NCBI RefSeq assembly: GCF_009834535.1
Contig: NC_045705.1
Location: 10,106,001-10,170,000, forward strand
Direction of reading: 5' to 3'
Length of the DNA: 64,000 nucleotides
DNA from: Camelus ferus
Lineage: Eukaryota
The notes beneath the pieces were generated by a model. The model saw only the letters and a program-made list of their open reading frames with translations. It was not told where the DNA came from and ran no database searches. Each line of letters opens with the position of its first letter. Within the stretch, counting starts at the first letter, position 1. Below are positions 26,056 through 39,585 of the stretch, in pieces. Both the position numbers and the translations under genes were made by a program.

Positions 26056-28879
26056 AGTACTTCCCTAAGTCCATCTCTTTCATTTCTATAGGCTCACTTA
26101 AAATGTAACTTAGAAGGAGTAAGCATTCACAGAACGCTTATTATAATAATAAACAAGTGGCTCACTGAATTTCCATTTTTTAAAAATTGGTCAAAACCTC
26201 AATTTCTCTTTGCTTTGAAAAGTAAGATAGCTTATGAAACATAAACATACACAACATTAAAGCCACCTCCATATAAAAATTAAAAAAAAAGTCAATGAAC
26301 TAATAGCCTAAAAGATTTGTGACAGTCCCATCTCAAGGATGTCCTGGAAGACAGATGGAATCCTACACATGTAAATTAGAGTAGCACATTTGGTTTACCT
26401 GCCACCATTTTCTCTGGCTTTATTTGACAATAGGTTGTATTCAAGGTGTTGACAGAAAAAAATCAGCCTTTGACATTCTATAAATGCCTCTATTCTGTGC
26501 AGAAGTATGGCCAACCTACATTTTCAAAGTATGTTCATGAATAATGAATATATCTTTCAAATGTGATTAAGTCATGTGCTTTTTGGTAATGAGATTAGAC
26601 CTATAAATGTATGGCTGCTTTGATAGTCATAGAATTTTCTCATTGCTGTTAAATGTTCATTACATAGGAATTATTGTTTCACCAATTATAACAGAATGCC
26701 ATATTCAGTTTGTATGTATGTAGCAGGCATTATTCAACTCTAAGTCATTTACATCAAGTTTTCAAATTATTCTCCTCAAAGCAGCTATAATCAATCAGTT
26801 CATTTGCAGAACAAAGCTGACTAATAACCATACTATATCTCTCTAAATCATGGTTTCCTATATAAATATTCAATAACACCAGCACCGTAGGTATTAAAGG
26901 TAAGTATAGATTTCAATTCTATAAAATGGGAAAGGAAATAACAAGAAAGCATTACTTACTTTGTAGACTCAAAAAAATTCTTCAAAAAATTCTTATAGTC
27001 AGACAGCCTCCAAGGTCACTGAATCCATTAAGTGAACCTAATAGCTGAAGTTTATATTTATCTCTACTAAATTTCAACTTTCCAGTTTAAGTTCAACTTT
27101 TCAGTCAGGAAGACTTTTTTCCCTCTGATTTTGAGTCTGTCATTTGTCACATTAGTTGAAACTTCCAGCTCTCTGTAAAGGACAAATTCGCTAAGTGACA
27201 CCTACATGATTTCATACAAATCACTAATACAAGTCTTTCTAAGGAAAGAAAGGCAGTCTAAGTAGAATGGAAAGAACATAGATCTTGGGATCAAAATAAC
27301 TACATTTGAGGCTTGATGGCCGTAATTTCTGGGCTTGTGACCTTGGGCAAAATGAATAACATTGTGAGTCATAGCTTTTTCTTCTGAAGCAAAGATAATG
27401 TGCAAAAATATGAAAATATCTTGTCAACTGCATGTGACTAGACAAATGTACAGATGATGTTCATATCTTAAGGAGATATATCACTGAAGACATCTTTTAA
27501 AGTTGATATTAATATATAAACGTTATTTAGGTAATGAATTCATCTAAATCCACATTTATCTATCAACTCATCTGAACTTCTATTTTTTATATCATCCTGA
27601 ATATCTGTGCAGATACTTGCCAGATATTGCATTAAATTCAGTATCTCAATTGTCATTTTTTGAAAGGAAGAATGATTGAAAGAATACCTGTTGTTAATGG
27701 CAATACTATTAAAAATGTAAAAAAAAAAAGATTACTTTTGCTTAAGTCATTCTTAGTGAATCCATCTGAATCCTGTGAATCACATAATTCTTTTTTTAAA
27801 GGCCCTAAACCAAATTTTTGAAAATAAGGCAATATAAATATAATCAGCAAAATGAGTGCTCCTATTATTTTTATCCTTCCCAACCAGGTACTTTTTGAAA
27901 ATGAGGTATTCACTGGTCAACTGACTCATCTGCAGTTAGGTATTTGGAAAAAGAACTTTGGAGTTTGAAAAACTATGATTTATTTGAACCTGGCTCTGAC
28001 ATTTATTACCCATACAGGTAGCCTGGCATCTCTGAGAATTGGCTTATTCCACAGAAATGCAGAAAATAACTTTTTAACTTGCCTGTTTGGCATGAAAATT
28101 AAATGAAATAACATGTGCACAGTAATGTCTGACCAACACCAAATGTTATCCTCGTCACATTCCCTGCCCTCCCCCTCCCCCTTTCCTCTCTGAAAGAGAA
28201 TGAAATATTTCCAAGTATATCTTTTGGAGGCATGGTTTCTTAAATACATATTCTAACTAGGAAATACAGGGAACACTAAGAGAATGGCTTTTCTAAAATT
28301 TGCGTAAGCCAACAAAAGCACCAAAATCAGTTCTGTCAACAGCCTTTCTCCTTGGGGCACTAGACAATTTAGCCTCCTAAAGGAAAAGCAAAGTTCTCTT
28401 TATTCAGACATGTAGGATCTCATTTTAGAAATATATACAAATAGAGGGCACTGTCTGCAGATACACATCACTGAAGTCAGGAAGTTTGTCAGCAAAGGTA
28501 ATGATCCGATGGCCTCAGCTGAGTTCCCAAAAGGTCTCTACATCAGTGCTAAAATGGCCATAAATAACAAGATAATTAAGCATCTGTCCTGAGAATCCAT
28601 TTGAAAAGGGCTGTTCTAAGTTTCTGAGAGTAAGTCATCAAAAAGAGAAGTGAAAGCAGAGAGTTTGGGCTCCTTTAAATTCACTGACTTCTTGTTTCCT
28701 ATTAAAGAAAAAAAAGATGCTCATAAATCTCTTGAGTTGTCTGCATCTTTGGAAATTTTCCTGAGGAGCCAAAAAGAAAGGGAAGAATAAGGCAAGGGGA
28801 AAATGGGCATAGGTCTAAAATGTTTACCACCCGAGCGGGTAGCCCTTAGTCCCAAGACCAGCCTCAGACAGCAAGAAGC

Positions 28880-29130
28880 TCAGTGTTCACTGCCCCCTTC
28901 CTCCATGCTGGACAGCCACGGTCCTTAGCTTCTCTGCTCTTCCCGTGTTACTACTATACTTCAGAGTCTTAGCAGTTCCTGAATGATCGCACTGACCTCC
29001 CAGCTGATCTTCCCAGCCTGTAATCTGGCTCCCGTTTTGATCCACTTCCATGTCACTCCTAGAGGGATAGTTGAGATACCAAACCTGCTCCTGTATTTCC
29101 CCTGCTTAAAATGTTCCATAAATCTATTGC
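28880..29130 (+). mobile_element. L2 relic
   Basis: cacttccatgtcactcctagagggatag...cctgctcctgtatttcccctgcttaaaatgttcca...ttgccttcaggatgaaat. Confidence 0.65.
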
Positions 29131-29819
29131 CTTCAGGATGAAATGTAGCCTAGGAAAAAATGAATTCTAATTTGGAACTTAGTATATGTTTCCAGAATCT
29201 TCTCTAGCCACAAGGAACTCGGACTTGAAAAGGCAAGCCCTTTAAAAACAGGCAGGTATTATGGAGAGGTGCAAAGGTGCTAGTGTTCCCAGTAAAAACA
29301 GTAATGGAAGCAAAAGTGAGCAAAAAAATCCCCCTGTCTCAAGAGAGACAGCAGGCTTGATATGAGAAGATTTAGCCCCTTTGGATGACTCTGAAGGTCA
29401 GAGGGAGTAGATTAACCAAGATAAGATGACTGGTGAGAAAATTCCAGGGTGTAAAGAAAGTTCAGATAGAACTCTGAAAGCAGCAGACAGAGAGGTGTGG
29501 TCTTCATGAGATGACCATAGTGTTTATACCCACGTACCTCACCTCTTCCCCACTGTGAGCTCATTTGTCCCTCTTGGACCTGACACATGGTAGGTCTACA
29601 AGAAATACTTGGTGATGAAAGCATTAGTGAGTAACAGATTCCCCTTCCTGGATATACAAGTTTTATTATGAAGCAGCTTGTGCCCAGTGCTTTACAGAGA
29701 AGCTTGCCTTTTTGATGCCGTTTTCATGGGAAATCATTTCAGTGGACGTTATTACTCAAGTATTTTTTGATAGTTCCTCTCTCAGACTGTCGTTTGGATG
29801 AAATATTTAACTGACTTCA

Positions 29820-29960
29820 TATGACACATATTCTGTGAGCAACAACTAAATGCCAGGCACCGAGAATGCAATGGTAAACAAAACAGACATAATCTATGCC
29901 CCATGGAATTTATGTTTTATTTGGAAAGAGAACTACAAAAATGGGTAGTTTCAGCACAGG
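29820..29960 (-). mobile_element. L2 3' end
   Basis: gagcaacaactaaatgccaggcaccgagaatgcaatggtaaacaaaacagacataatc. Confidence 0.75.
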
Positions 29961-30384
29961 ATGACTCATCATCTGATAGGAGACCACAATTTGATAGGTG
30001 ATTCTAGTCATGGTACGAGGCTTAGTAGAGCTTATGGTCTTGTGAATAAAACTGAAGATGAAAATGACCACTCATATATAATTATAAATTATATAAATGC
30101 AGTGACTTAAAATACAGAATAATATGAGATCATGCAACAGGAGTGAAGTTATTTTAAGTAATAAGGGAAGAATTCATTTAGGAACTGACATCTGTACTGA
30201 TATTTGATGGATAAGTAGGGACTAGCTGTGCTAAAAACTCTAAGAAGAGGTTTGGATTGAAAGAATAGCCTATGAAAACACTCTGAGGCAGAGAAAGGCT
30301 TGGTATATTTTGAAAACCCAAGCAATTATAGTTCAGCTGGCACAGGGCGAGGAAGTACGGCAGCCCACAGGGCTGGAGCAGAAT

Positions 30385-30900
30385 TGCGATCTTAGTACTG
30401 CTGACTCTTCCCAACCACGAATGTGGTGTATCTTCTCATGTATCTAAGTATTTTTAAACGTTTCTCAGCGATTCCTAATTCCTAATCCTTTAAATTCTTC
30501 CTCTCTCTTCTCTCCACCCACTTCCACTCTCTCACCTTCTCTCTCTGGAAACTGGATATATCTTCTCTTTTTTTTTTTTCCCCCAGTTACCTGAAATTTG
30601 ACAAAAACATACCTCAATATCGAGGGACAGGGAATAGATTACCAGCCAATGGGCTATTCAGTGGGCCATTTCAATCCTGAAATTCATGTTCTTTCATTCT
30701 GGGAAATTTTCCTTGAAATGTAATTTTAGTGATGTATTTCCTTTCTTTTGTCTATTCTTTCTCAAACTTTTCTTATTTAAATATTGGAGCATCCTGGATC
30801 AGTTATCTAGTCTTCTTATATTTTGTCTCCTATATACCATCCTTTTGCCCTTTTGTTTTTGTCTCAAACTTTGTACCTTACACAATTCTTAATGCCTTAG
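30385..30900 (-). mobile_element. Old L1ME fragments
   Basis: tgactcttcccaaccacgaatgtggtgtatcttctcatgtatcta (ORF2, reverse) and ttcattctgggaaattttcc...atcctggatcagttatc. Confidence 0.55.
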
Positions 30901-32151
30901 TCTGATGTGTTTGTTGTTTTTTCCTTATGTTTTCATCTGCAACTTTTAATTTGTATTACCTCTCTGTTGGTTATTCAATTTACATTACAGGATAAAGCTC
31001 AACTACGCTGGGTCTCTAATCTTTTGTTTGGGTTAAGGTATTCTTTTCATAATTATTGCTGAATTTCTTCTACCTTGATTTACACTGTTTCTGCCAGTGA
31101 TAACAAGGTGACTGCCACCCAAATGAGGTTGAAAGGTTTTCAAATGAGGTTTTCGCTATTTCATCCACATTATCATTTTTTTCCCTCTAGAGGCATTACA
31201 TTAGCACTAGACCAATCACTTCAGGAATACTAGAGGCAGTCTTAGTTGCTTTATTTACCACTCTGTCATCATAATTACATTAATTCCGGAATGAATTATG
31301 TCTTAAATGAGCAAATCAACCTTTTCTATGACTTTTTGCAGGATGAGGGGCTAGATATCATTTGACATATTGCTGTGGGTCTTTTTCATAATAGCTCAAC
31401 AATCTTCATAAGATGAGCCTGACAACATAAATCACAAGTGGGGTGCAATGAATGCCAGACATTTGAAAAAACAGCTTTGTGTTTTAAATATGAATAAATC
31501 ACTTAAAATATGAAAGAGGAAAGACAAGCTGGACTGGAATGATTACAGCTTTTGGAATTAAGATCAATTAGGGCAAATGCTAGCTCTCATCCTAAGAAAG
31601 ATTATCATCGTTTATAAATATCTTAAGGAACACTGAAAGAAATTAAGGCAGCTTGGGTTTAGTGTGAATGACACTACATGCTTTCATTGATATTTTCAGT
31701 CATCCTTCCTTTATTTCACCTATAACACTGTATGGCTGAAACACTATTATAAATGTTAACCATACTCTGCATTCTAATTTAGAACACAAATACATCATAT
31801 TTTTAGATAGTTACTGGGTTATGTAAGAAGTAGTAATTATGTTTATGCAAAAGGAAAGGATAAGTCTCATTGTAGATGTCAAGCTGACTCTTAACTCATC
31901 ACTACTCCCTCTGAAATAAAACATTTAAAGATATAGGCACATCACAGGCAGCCTTGAATGGTGGACTACAAAATACCATTATGGTTACAAATTAATTTAG
32001 AGCCAACAAAGCATTAGCAATTCAATTTTCTGTTTTAACAATTTTTTAGCAAAACAAATTACCATTAATTTTCATTATCACTTAATATAAAAATAATATT
32101 TTATTTCTAAAAATAAAAACATGATTTATTCACTGTACTTATTAATCTTTG

Positions 32152-33355
32152 TTTCTGCACAGCAAAAAAATCAACAGATTGAAAAGGCATCATAAGAATC
32201 GGAGAAAATAATCTGCAAACCATCTATCTGATAAGCAGTTAAAATCTGAAGTATGTAAGAAACTCATACAACTCTATAGCAAAAAAGTCCAAATAATTCA
32301 ATTAAAAATGGGCAAAGGACTTGAATAGATATTTCTCCAAAGAAAACATACGAATGAACAACAGGTAGACTAAAAGGTGCTCAACCTCACTAATCATTAG
32401 GGAAATAGAAATCAAAACCAAAATGAAATATCACCTCAAGATGGCTGTTATCAGAAAAACAAAAGACAGTAAGTATTAGCAAGGATGCAATGGAACAGGA
32501 ACTCTACACACTCTTGGTAGAAATGTAAAATGATGCAGCCACAATGGAAAATGGTATGAAGGTTTTTCAAATATTAAAACAGAATTCCCATATGATCCAG
32601 CAGTCCCACTTCTGAGTGTATATCCAAAGTATACAAATCAAGATCTCGAAGAGGTACCCCCATGTTCACTGCAGCATTATTCACAATAATCAAGAATGGT
32701 AAAAACTCAACTGCCCCTTGATGGATGAATAAAAAAAATGTGCCATATACATTCAATGGAGTATTTTTCAACCTTAAAAAAGAAGGAAGTTCTACCATTT
32801 ATGACAACATGGATGAACCTAAGGAACTTTATGCAAAGTGAAATAAGCTTAATTCCATTCATTATGAGGTGTCTAAGACAGTCAAACTCATAGAAGGAGA
32901 GAATAAAATGGTGGTTGCCAGGGCCTAGGGAATGGATAAATGGATAAATATTTTTTAATGGGTATAAAGTTTCAGCTATGAAAGAAGATCAAGTTCTGGA
33001 GATCTGCTGTAGAGCATAGTACCTAAAGTGAACAATACAATACTGTGCACTTAATTTTTTTTAATGGAAGTACTGGGAATTGAACCCAGGACCTGATGTG
33101 TGCTACGTACACTCTACACTGTACCACTGAGCTATATTTTCCCTCCGTGCACTCTGAAATAGGTTAAAAGGGTAGTGTTTTTATCAAAACACACACACAA
33201 GAACTCAGGGAAATTTTTGGAGGTTATAGATGTTTAGTATCTTGGTTGTGGTGATGACAACACAGGTTAAACATATGTCCAAACTCATTAAGACATATAT
33301 ATTTAATGTATGCCATCTTTTGTATATCAACTATACCTCGATATAGTTTAAAAAA
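32152..33355 (+). mobile_element. L1MA9-like LINE, ORF2 C-terminus plus 3' UTR, 5'-truncated
   Basis: aaaatgggcaaaggacttgaatagatatttctccaaagaa, ccatatgatccagcagtcccacttctgagtgtatatccaaag, terminal tatatcaactatacctcgat. Confidence 0.92.
33052..33146 (-). mobile_element. Camelid Vic-1-like SINE inserted in the L1MA9 3' UTR
   Basis: ttttttttaatggaagtactgggaattgaacccaggacc...ccactgagctata; 7-bp TSD gtgcact at 33045-33051 and 33147-33153. Confidence 0.9.
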
Positions 33356-33545
33356 ACTATAGAATTAGAATTAAATAGTTGGTTTTTATTTGTCATTTAT
33401 TTAGACCTTAAGCTTCAGAAGGACAAGGTTACATTGGCCATTTTTTCTGCATTATATTCAGTGTATAGTGCCTGTAATAGGGTATCAAATGCATACTTGT
33501 TGAAGAAATAAATGAATGAAAAATAGCCTTTTTAAAATAAGGGCA

Positions 33546-33975
33546 TTGGATGGAATACTATTCAGCCATAAGAAAGAATAAAATAATGCCATTTGCAGCA
33601 ACACGGATGGACCTGGAGATAGTCATTCTAAATGAAGTGGGCCGAAAAGAGAAAGAAAAAATGCCATATGATACCACTTATACATGTAATCTAAAAAAAA
33701 AGAGAGACAAATGAACTTATTTACAAAACAAAAACAGACTCACAGATATAGAAGACAAACTTGTGGTTACTGGGGGGAAATGGGGAAGTGGAGGAATAAA
33801 TTGAGAGTTCAAGATTTGCAGATACTAACTATTATATATATAAATAGATAAACAACAAGTTTATACTTATAGCACAGGGAATTATATTCAATATCTTTTA
33901 ATAGTGTATAATGAAAAGGAAAAAACTGCCTTAATTATGTTTTATCTTATACCCTCAATCTATTTTATTTTAAAA
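33546..33975 (+). mobile_element. 5'-truncated camelid-type L1 3' end
   Basis: ggaatactattcagccataag...atggacctggagatagtcattcta...gagttcaagatttgcagatactaac; exact 13-bp TSD taaaataagggca at 33533-33545 and 33976-33988. Confidence 0.92.
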
Positions 33976-35299
33976 TAAAATAAGGGCACACAGTAACTGT
34001 ACACACAGAGACACAGATGCATGTACATATACATATGATCATTTATTTATGTATTTAGTATTACTTTGGACCTTTGAAATTTTTATGAAAGCTTTCTAAG
34101 GGCCTACAGGCCTGTATTTGGTAGCCAGTAGTCCAGTGTTCATTTGGGTGTCTGATGTCCATTTTCAGCCATCTGGACATATTTTTACTGATGACTATCA
34201 TGCATTTACTGCACAAGGAGGATTAAAATGGCATAATGCATATAAAAGCACTTGTAATCAGTGAAGCACTTCAGAAATACAAGGTTTTTAGCACTGTTAC
34301 GGTTATGGTCTTGCCTCAGAATGCACAGTAGTAAATTCTAAGCTAAAAAAAAAAATCCTCCTTGTCTACTTAGAAATCAAGATTATGCAGCATTTTTAGA
34401 AATGAAATTTTCCCACAGGAGTTTTCACCACTGCCTTTTTTCAATTGTTTTGCCACATAATCTAGCCTGCTATAGAAACTGCAAAAATGTTCAAATGCAG
34501 TTGTCAAGCTTATAAGCATCTCTCGAGACTACCATAGTAAATGTAGATACATCTTCACAAGTTTTGGGGGCATATCATCTGACCTAAGATTCTATTGTAG
34601 GAACAAAAGATTTATCTGTAATGGATTTTTTAAAAAAATAATGCCCTCTTCTCAGGCTAAGTGATCTATACAAATGACAAACGTCTTTTTTTGTTTGTTT
34701 ACTTAAAATCTGAGGACATCTAAACACTAAAAACACAGAACCCCCTAGCAAAGTCAACATTTTATGATAATAAGCTAATCAGTGACCTAATGGCAGTGTC
34801 ACTCACCTCTGTATTAATTCAGTCACCCTCTCCTAGGGCCACCTCCTGGGCCATGGCCCAGACACTGCTCCTCACCAGCACTGCTGCATTTTCGTACCCT
34901 CGTCTTCAAGCACATTTCATCTTTATAGGACTCACACGACTCACCCTCACACTCCTCCTCCTATTTCATGGAGCTCACTAGAACTCCTAGCTTTTAATTT
35001 TCTCCTATACATATTATCCCCCTCTTCCTATCCAAAGCTGGTTTGGAGACAAAGGAAGAGTCAGCTGTTCAAAGAGAGTTTGGGTAAGATGAGGCTGGTG
35101 ACAGCGAGAGAACTAGCTCAGCTGTTCTGAGATCATAAGTCTACCCACTTGTCAAGTGATGTGAAGCTTGCTTTTTCTCCCAGCCCTGCTACCTCTGATC
35201 ACAGCTGATTCTGAGGTCCTAACCCTAGCTAGAAAATTTAAAAAAATTCTACCTCCCAAAGTACAGGTTAAGGGTTCTCCAACTTGTTTCAGATGATTT

Positions 35300-35910
35300 T
35301 ATTAGGTGATCTTTATGTACCAGGTATTTTTCCAGGGATAGAGGATGGAGCAATGAACAAAACAGGTAAAAATCTCTGCCCTCTTGAAGCTTACTTGTAG
35401 CACAGCCTACAGTGACAATAAGCTGAGTGAATAAGAAAATTACATAACGTGTTAGAAGATAATAGGTGGGGTTGACAAACATAAAGCCGGTAGGGAGTGG
35501 GAAGCGTGGGTGGGAGTGCGTGTTCCAGGTGTAGATACAGTGGTCAGGGAAGTTCCCCTGAGAAGGTAACATGTGACTGAAGACTTCAGATAAAGAATCC
35601 AGTGATGAGGTATCCGGGGGGAGATTTTTTTTTTTTTTTTTTTAAAGTAAAGGGAATAGTAAATGCATAGGTCTGAGGTGGAAATCGGACGAGGACTTTT
35701 TGAGGAACAGTAAGAAGACCACTGTGGCGGGACTGGAGTGGAAGAGGAGAGGGGAAACAGGACATGGGTGGGGAGAGGGTAGGAGTATATTTGGGAGTCT
35801 GGTAACATATTATAAAGACTGCGGCTTTTACTTGAAATGAAATGGCAAGTCAGTTCAATGGACTTTGAAGGAAGAGCAAGGGTAAACTTGTGTGTTTAGA
35901 TTGTCATCTT
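35300..35910 (-). mobile_element. L2a relic
   Basis: ttattaggtgatctttatgtaccagg...aatgaacaaaacaggtaaaaatctctgccctc...ggtcagggaagttcccctgagaaggtaaca. Confidence 0.88.
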
Positions 35911-36189
35911 GAATCGGATCCAAATGTGAAAGTATTCCTTGTGATAGAGCAAACTGTAAATCCACCACTTCGGCTCCTGACTTCACCTCTGATTTTATTT
36001 GTTCTTCTTTGAGTTTGTGCATGTGGTGTCTGCACGTTTTCTTTACTTTGGGTATTTGGATCTGAAGATATGAGTACTCAGGATTACTAAAATAACAATG
36101 TAAGAAGAAAATAAGTAAATATGCTAAAGACCAAAAATTATGTCATTCTAAGTAGTAAAATAACAAACTAATCTTGTTAAAATCAAGTA

Positions 36190-37100
36190 CAGGAAAGGAT
36201 ACTTATTATCACTATAATTATGCACCACTGCTTAAGCAATTTCAGCGAATGCAGTAAGTCCGGGGAACGGCATAATTAGTATCAGTAATGGAGAGGAAGT
36301 GACTCAGTCAGTTTGTCTTGATAAAATTATTGCATATCCAGAAAATCTGAAGTTTCTGGAAAAAGCTACTAATAATAAAAAAAGGAATTTAAATTACAGA
36401 AACATCAAGTTGCTTTTCTCTGTGCTAGCAATAATTAGCTAGGAATTTTAAAATATGCAAAGAAAAACTACAAAGCATAGTAATGATTCAAAAGTATACA
36501 AAATCTTTATAAAACAATCTATCTTTATGGACAGAAGTAAAAATCTGAATAAAATTCATTCCCTGCTTTTGGATTAGAACATTTAATATCATTAAAATTT
36601 CAACTCTCCCAAATTAGTATTTAGAAATCAAATTTTATAATTAGAAAAAAATCAAAGTTTTTATGGACTAAAAATTTTAATAAAAATAATAAAATCATGC
36701 AAATAAGAATAATTAGGGTGACATACTTTACTAGTTATTAGAGTATACTAGAAAGACAGTGTAATAAAAACACTATGGTACTACCATTGATACCAAAGAG
36801 AGAATCTAAAATTATTTACTAGTATTCAGAAAATATGTAATTTTTAAAGTGTAAAATTTTAAATTTTAAATTTTAAAATTTATTACATGAAACATTGTTA
36901 TTTCAGTGGGAAAGGACTATTTAGTTAATAAATCATGTAGGCACATCTGACTATCCTAAAGAAAATAATGCTGGCTCTCTTACTGTACATATTTAATTTA
37001 AAATTTTTCATTGGATTAAATGAATAAAAATGAAAAGCAAATAAACAATATTCTCCCGGTTTCAAAGAAACCTTTCTGGTCAAAGAAGGAAAACCAGAAG
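36190..37100 (+). mobile_element. Old L1ME ORF2 remnants
   Basis: aaattattgcatatccagaaaatc, ttgcttttctctgtgctagcaataa, atcattaaaatttcaactctcccaaatt, aataaaaacactatggtact. Confidence 0.7.
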
Positions 37101-37629
37101 CTATAAAAGAACCATATTTGACTTTGTACACACAAAAAGATGACAAAATTTAACATAATCAGAGTCAAAAAAAAAAAAAACCAACAAAGAAAAACTGAAA
37201 GGAAATGTGTGCATTAATGACTATAAAACCAAGAAGAAATGTGAGGAAGATAACTGCTGAGTTATTCATATTGATTACCTGGAGGGAAGGAAAAGAGCGG
37301 AGTGAGGTAAGATGAGAAGGAAGACATAGGAAAAAAACAGAAGAAATACTGAAAAAAATGGGGAAACATGCATTAGCCTAATGTCTACTTATATGACTAC
37401 TACACATTAAAATGATGAATGGGCACATTTCAAAGTCTTAAAGTTGAAAAGGCAAATAAAATGAAAGCAAATATTTGATTTTGAGATTGGAGTTTGGAAA
37501 ATATTCTTCTTGACCTTCTGTTACATCAATACTGTATCTGTAAAAACATATTAAAATAAACTAATACAAAATCTACAAACCAACAAGACCAAATTCAAGG
37601 CTGGGGAGTAACAGAAATGCTTACTCACT

Positions 37630-37841
37630 NNNNNNNNNNNNNNNNNNNNNNNNNNNNNNNNNNNNNNNNNNNNNNNNNNNNNNNNNNNNNNNNNNNNNNN
37701 NNNNNNNNNNNNNNNNNNNNNNNNNNNNNNNNNNNNNNNNNNNNNNNNNNNNNNNNNNNNNNNNNNNNNNNNNNNNNNNNNNNNNNNNNNNNNNNNNNNN
37801 NNNNNNNNNNNNNNNNNNNNNNNNNNNNNNNNNNNNNNNNN
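37630..37841. other. Assembly gap (212 N)
   Basis: Direct read. Confidence 1.
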
Positions 37842-38420
37842 TCTTTAGTAGGTGAAAGGATAAAGAAATGGTGGTACATCCAGACAGTGGAATATTATTC
37901 AGCACCAAAAAGAAATGAGCTATCAAGCCATGAAAAGACACGAGGAAACTTAAAGGCATACTACTAAGTGAAAGAAGAATCTGAAAAGGCTGCCTACTGT
38001 AAGATTCCAACCGAATGATACTCTGGAANNNNNNNNNNNNNNNNNNNNNNNNNNNNNNNNNNNNNNNNNNNNNNNNNNNNNNNNNNNNNNNNNNNNNNNN
38101 NNNNNNNNNNNNNNNNNNNNNNNNNNNNNNNNNNNNNNNNNNNNNNNNNNNNNNNNNNNNNNNNACATGTTATTATACATTTCTCCATATCCACAGCATG
38201 CACAACACTGAGAGTGAGCTGGAATGTAAACTATGAACACTGGGGGCCGATGATGTACGTTCAGTGTAGGCTCATCCACTGCAGCAAATGTACAACTTGG
38301 GGAGATGTTGATATGATCCCTCTCTAACCAATGTGTGTCACAGGGAAAACACAGGAACTCTCTGTACCTTTTTCTCAATTTTGCTATGAACCTGAAACTG
38401 TTCTAAAAATGCTCTATTAA
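37842..38420 (+). mobile_element. L1MC1-like 3' end, interrupted by a 136-N gap at 38029-38164
   Basis: gtggtacatccagacagtggaatattattcagc...aatgagctatcaagccatgaaaagac; ctctctgtacctttttctcaattttgctatgaacctgaaactg. Confidence 0.88.
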
Positions 38421-39449
38421 GATAAATTTTCAAAACATAAGAAAACAGACTTAGAGGTCCAAAAATGTGAAGCTGGGAGAGTCTCTATAGATCACCTTGA
38501 AAAATAAAGACTTGCATTTATGTCTTGAAAGATAGTAGAAGACAAGGAAGCCTTAAAATATTCTGAACACAGAATCGAGACATTCCTAAATTCACCTTCT
38601 TAGTTGGCAAGTCTAATGAAAGGTCAGGGTACTGAAGGAAATAACCTGTTTTCTTTCCCTTTGAATGGAGCCAAAACCTTTGAAGCCTTCCTTTGAAACA
38701 GCACAGACATGTGTTCAAATATGTTCATGGTATTCCTTGACTCACCATTTGACTAGTAATTTGACTTTTCCCATTGCAAGTGATTAGCTGATTGCATGTT
38801 TCAGCTTCATAGAAAGTGCCTCGTTTTTCGCTGATGTGTTTTGTGAAAACCAGAAGCTCACCACTCTGTACTGAAACTTATGAAATAGACCTCTTTCATA
38901 AAATCATAGGGAGTGTGTGCTGGGGGTTTCCCTCTCCCCTCTATGATGGGGCTTTCACTGGGTTTCCCCTCAGAGCGGCACACATTCATTTGCCTTTCTA
39001 CTTAATAAGAGCCTGAGAAACCTGCCTTTTAATTAGGCTGACTGGAGTTGGAGAGAACCTTTTCTACCTCTACATAACTTGAATGTCTTTTGCAGACACA
39101 GCTACCTTGAAATATTTATAATATGGTAGGTACTACAGGAACAAAGATTAATAACCTTTGCCCATACTTCAAGGATCTCACAATTCTAGTGGAGAAGCAG
39201 AGAAGGAAAACAAAAAACTAGGGATAAAAAGTCACAGGGGTTTTAAGGGATCTGTGGAAGTCCCAGAAGAGTTCGGGAAGCCTTCAAAACTGCTGAAGAA
39301 TGCATTACATGATAAACTTGAGTTTCATTGGTAAAACACAAGGAGGTCTTTCCAAGGAGAAGACAGTGTAGGTGATACTGTCAGCCTGGTATGTTTGGAG
39401 AATTATAAGAATTTTGATGTAGGGGAGGTGAAGATTTGATAGTGGTGGG

Positions 39450-39585
39450 AGGGATGCAGAAGTATCAGTTCCGATACTTAGGTGACATGCATTGACACGG
39501 ATTTACTCACTGCCCGTGATTTTCCTCTATTCTAATTGGACCCAATGATTCTTACTTATTGTTAAATATTTTAAATAGCACCTGA
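39450..39585. mobile_element. Ancient hAT-type MITE remnant
   Basis: ttctaattggac...ttgttaaatattttaaatagcacctg terminus; family not identified. Confidence 0.4.

Noticed and set aside
37617-38378. ORFs spanning N runs (also 46907-47202 and 59966-60234)
   Set aside because: Artefacts of translating gaps as X; only the GRM5 frame is real.
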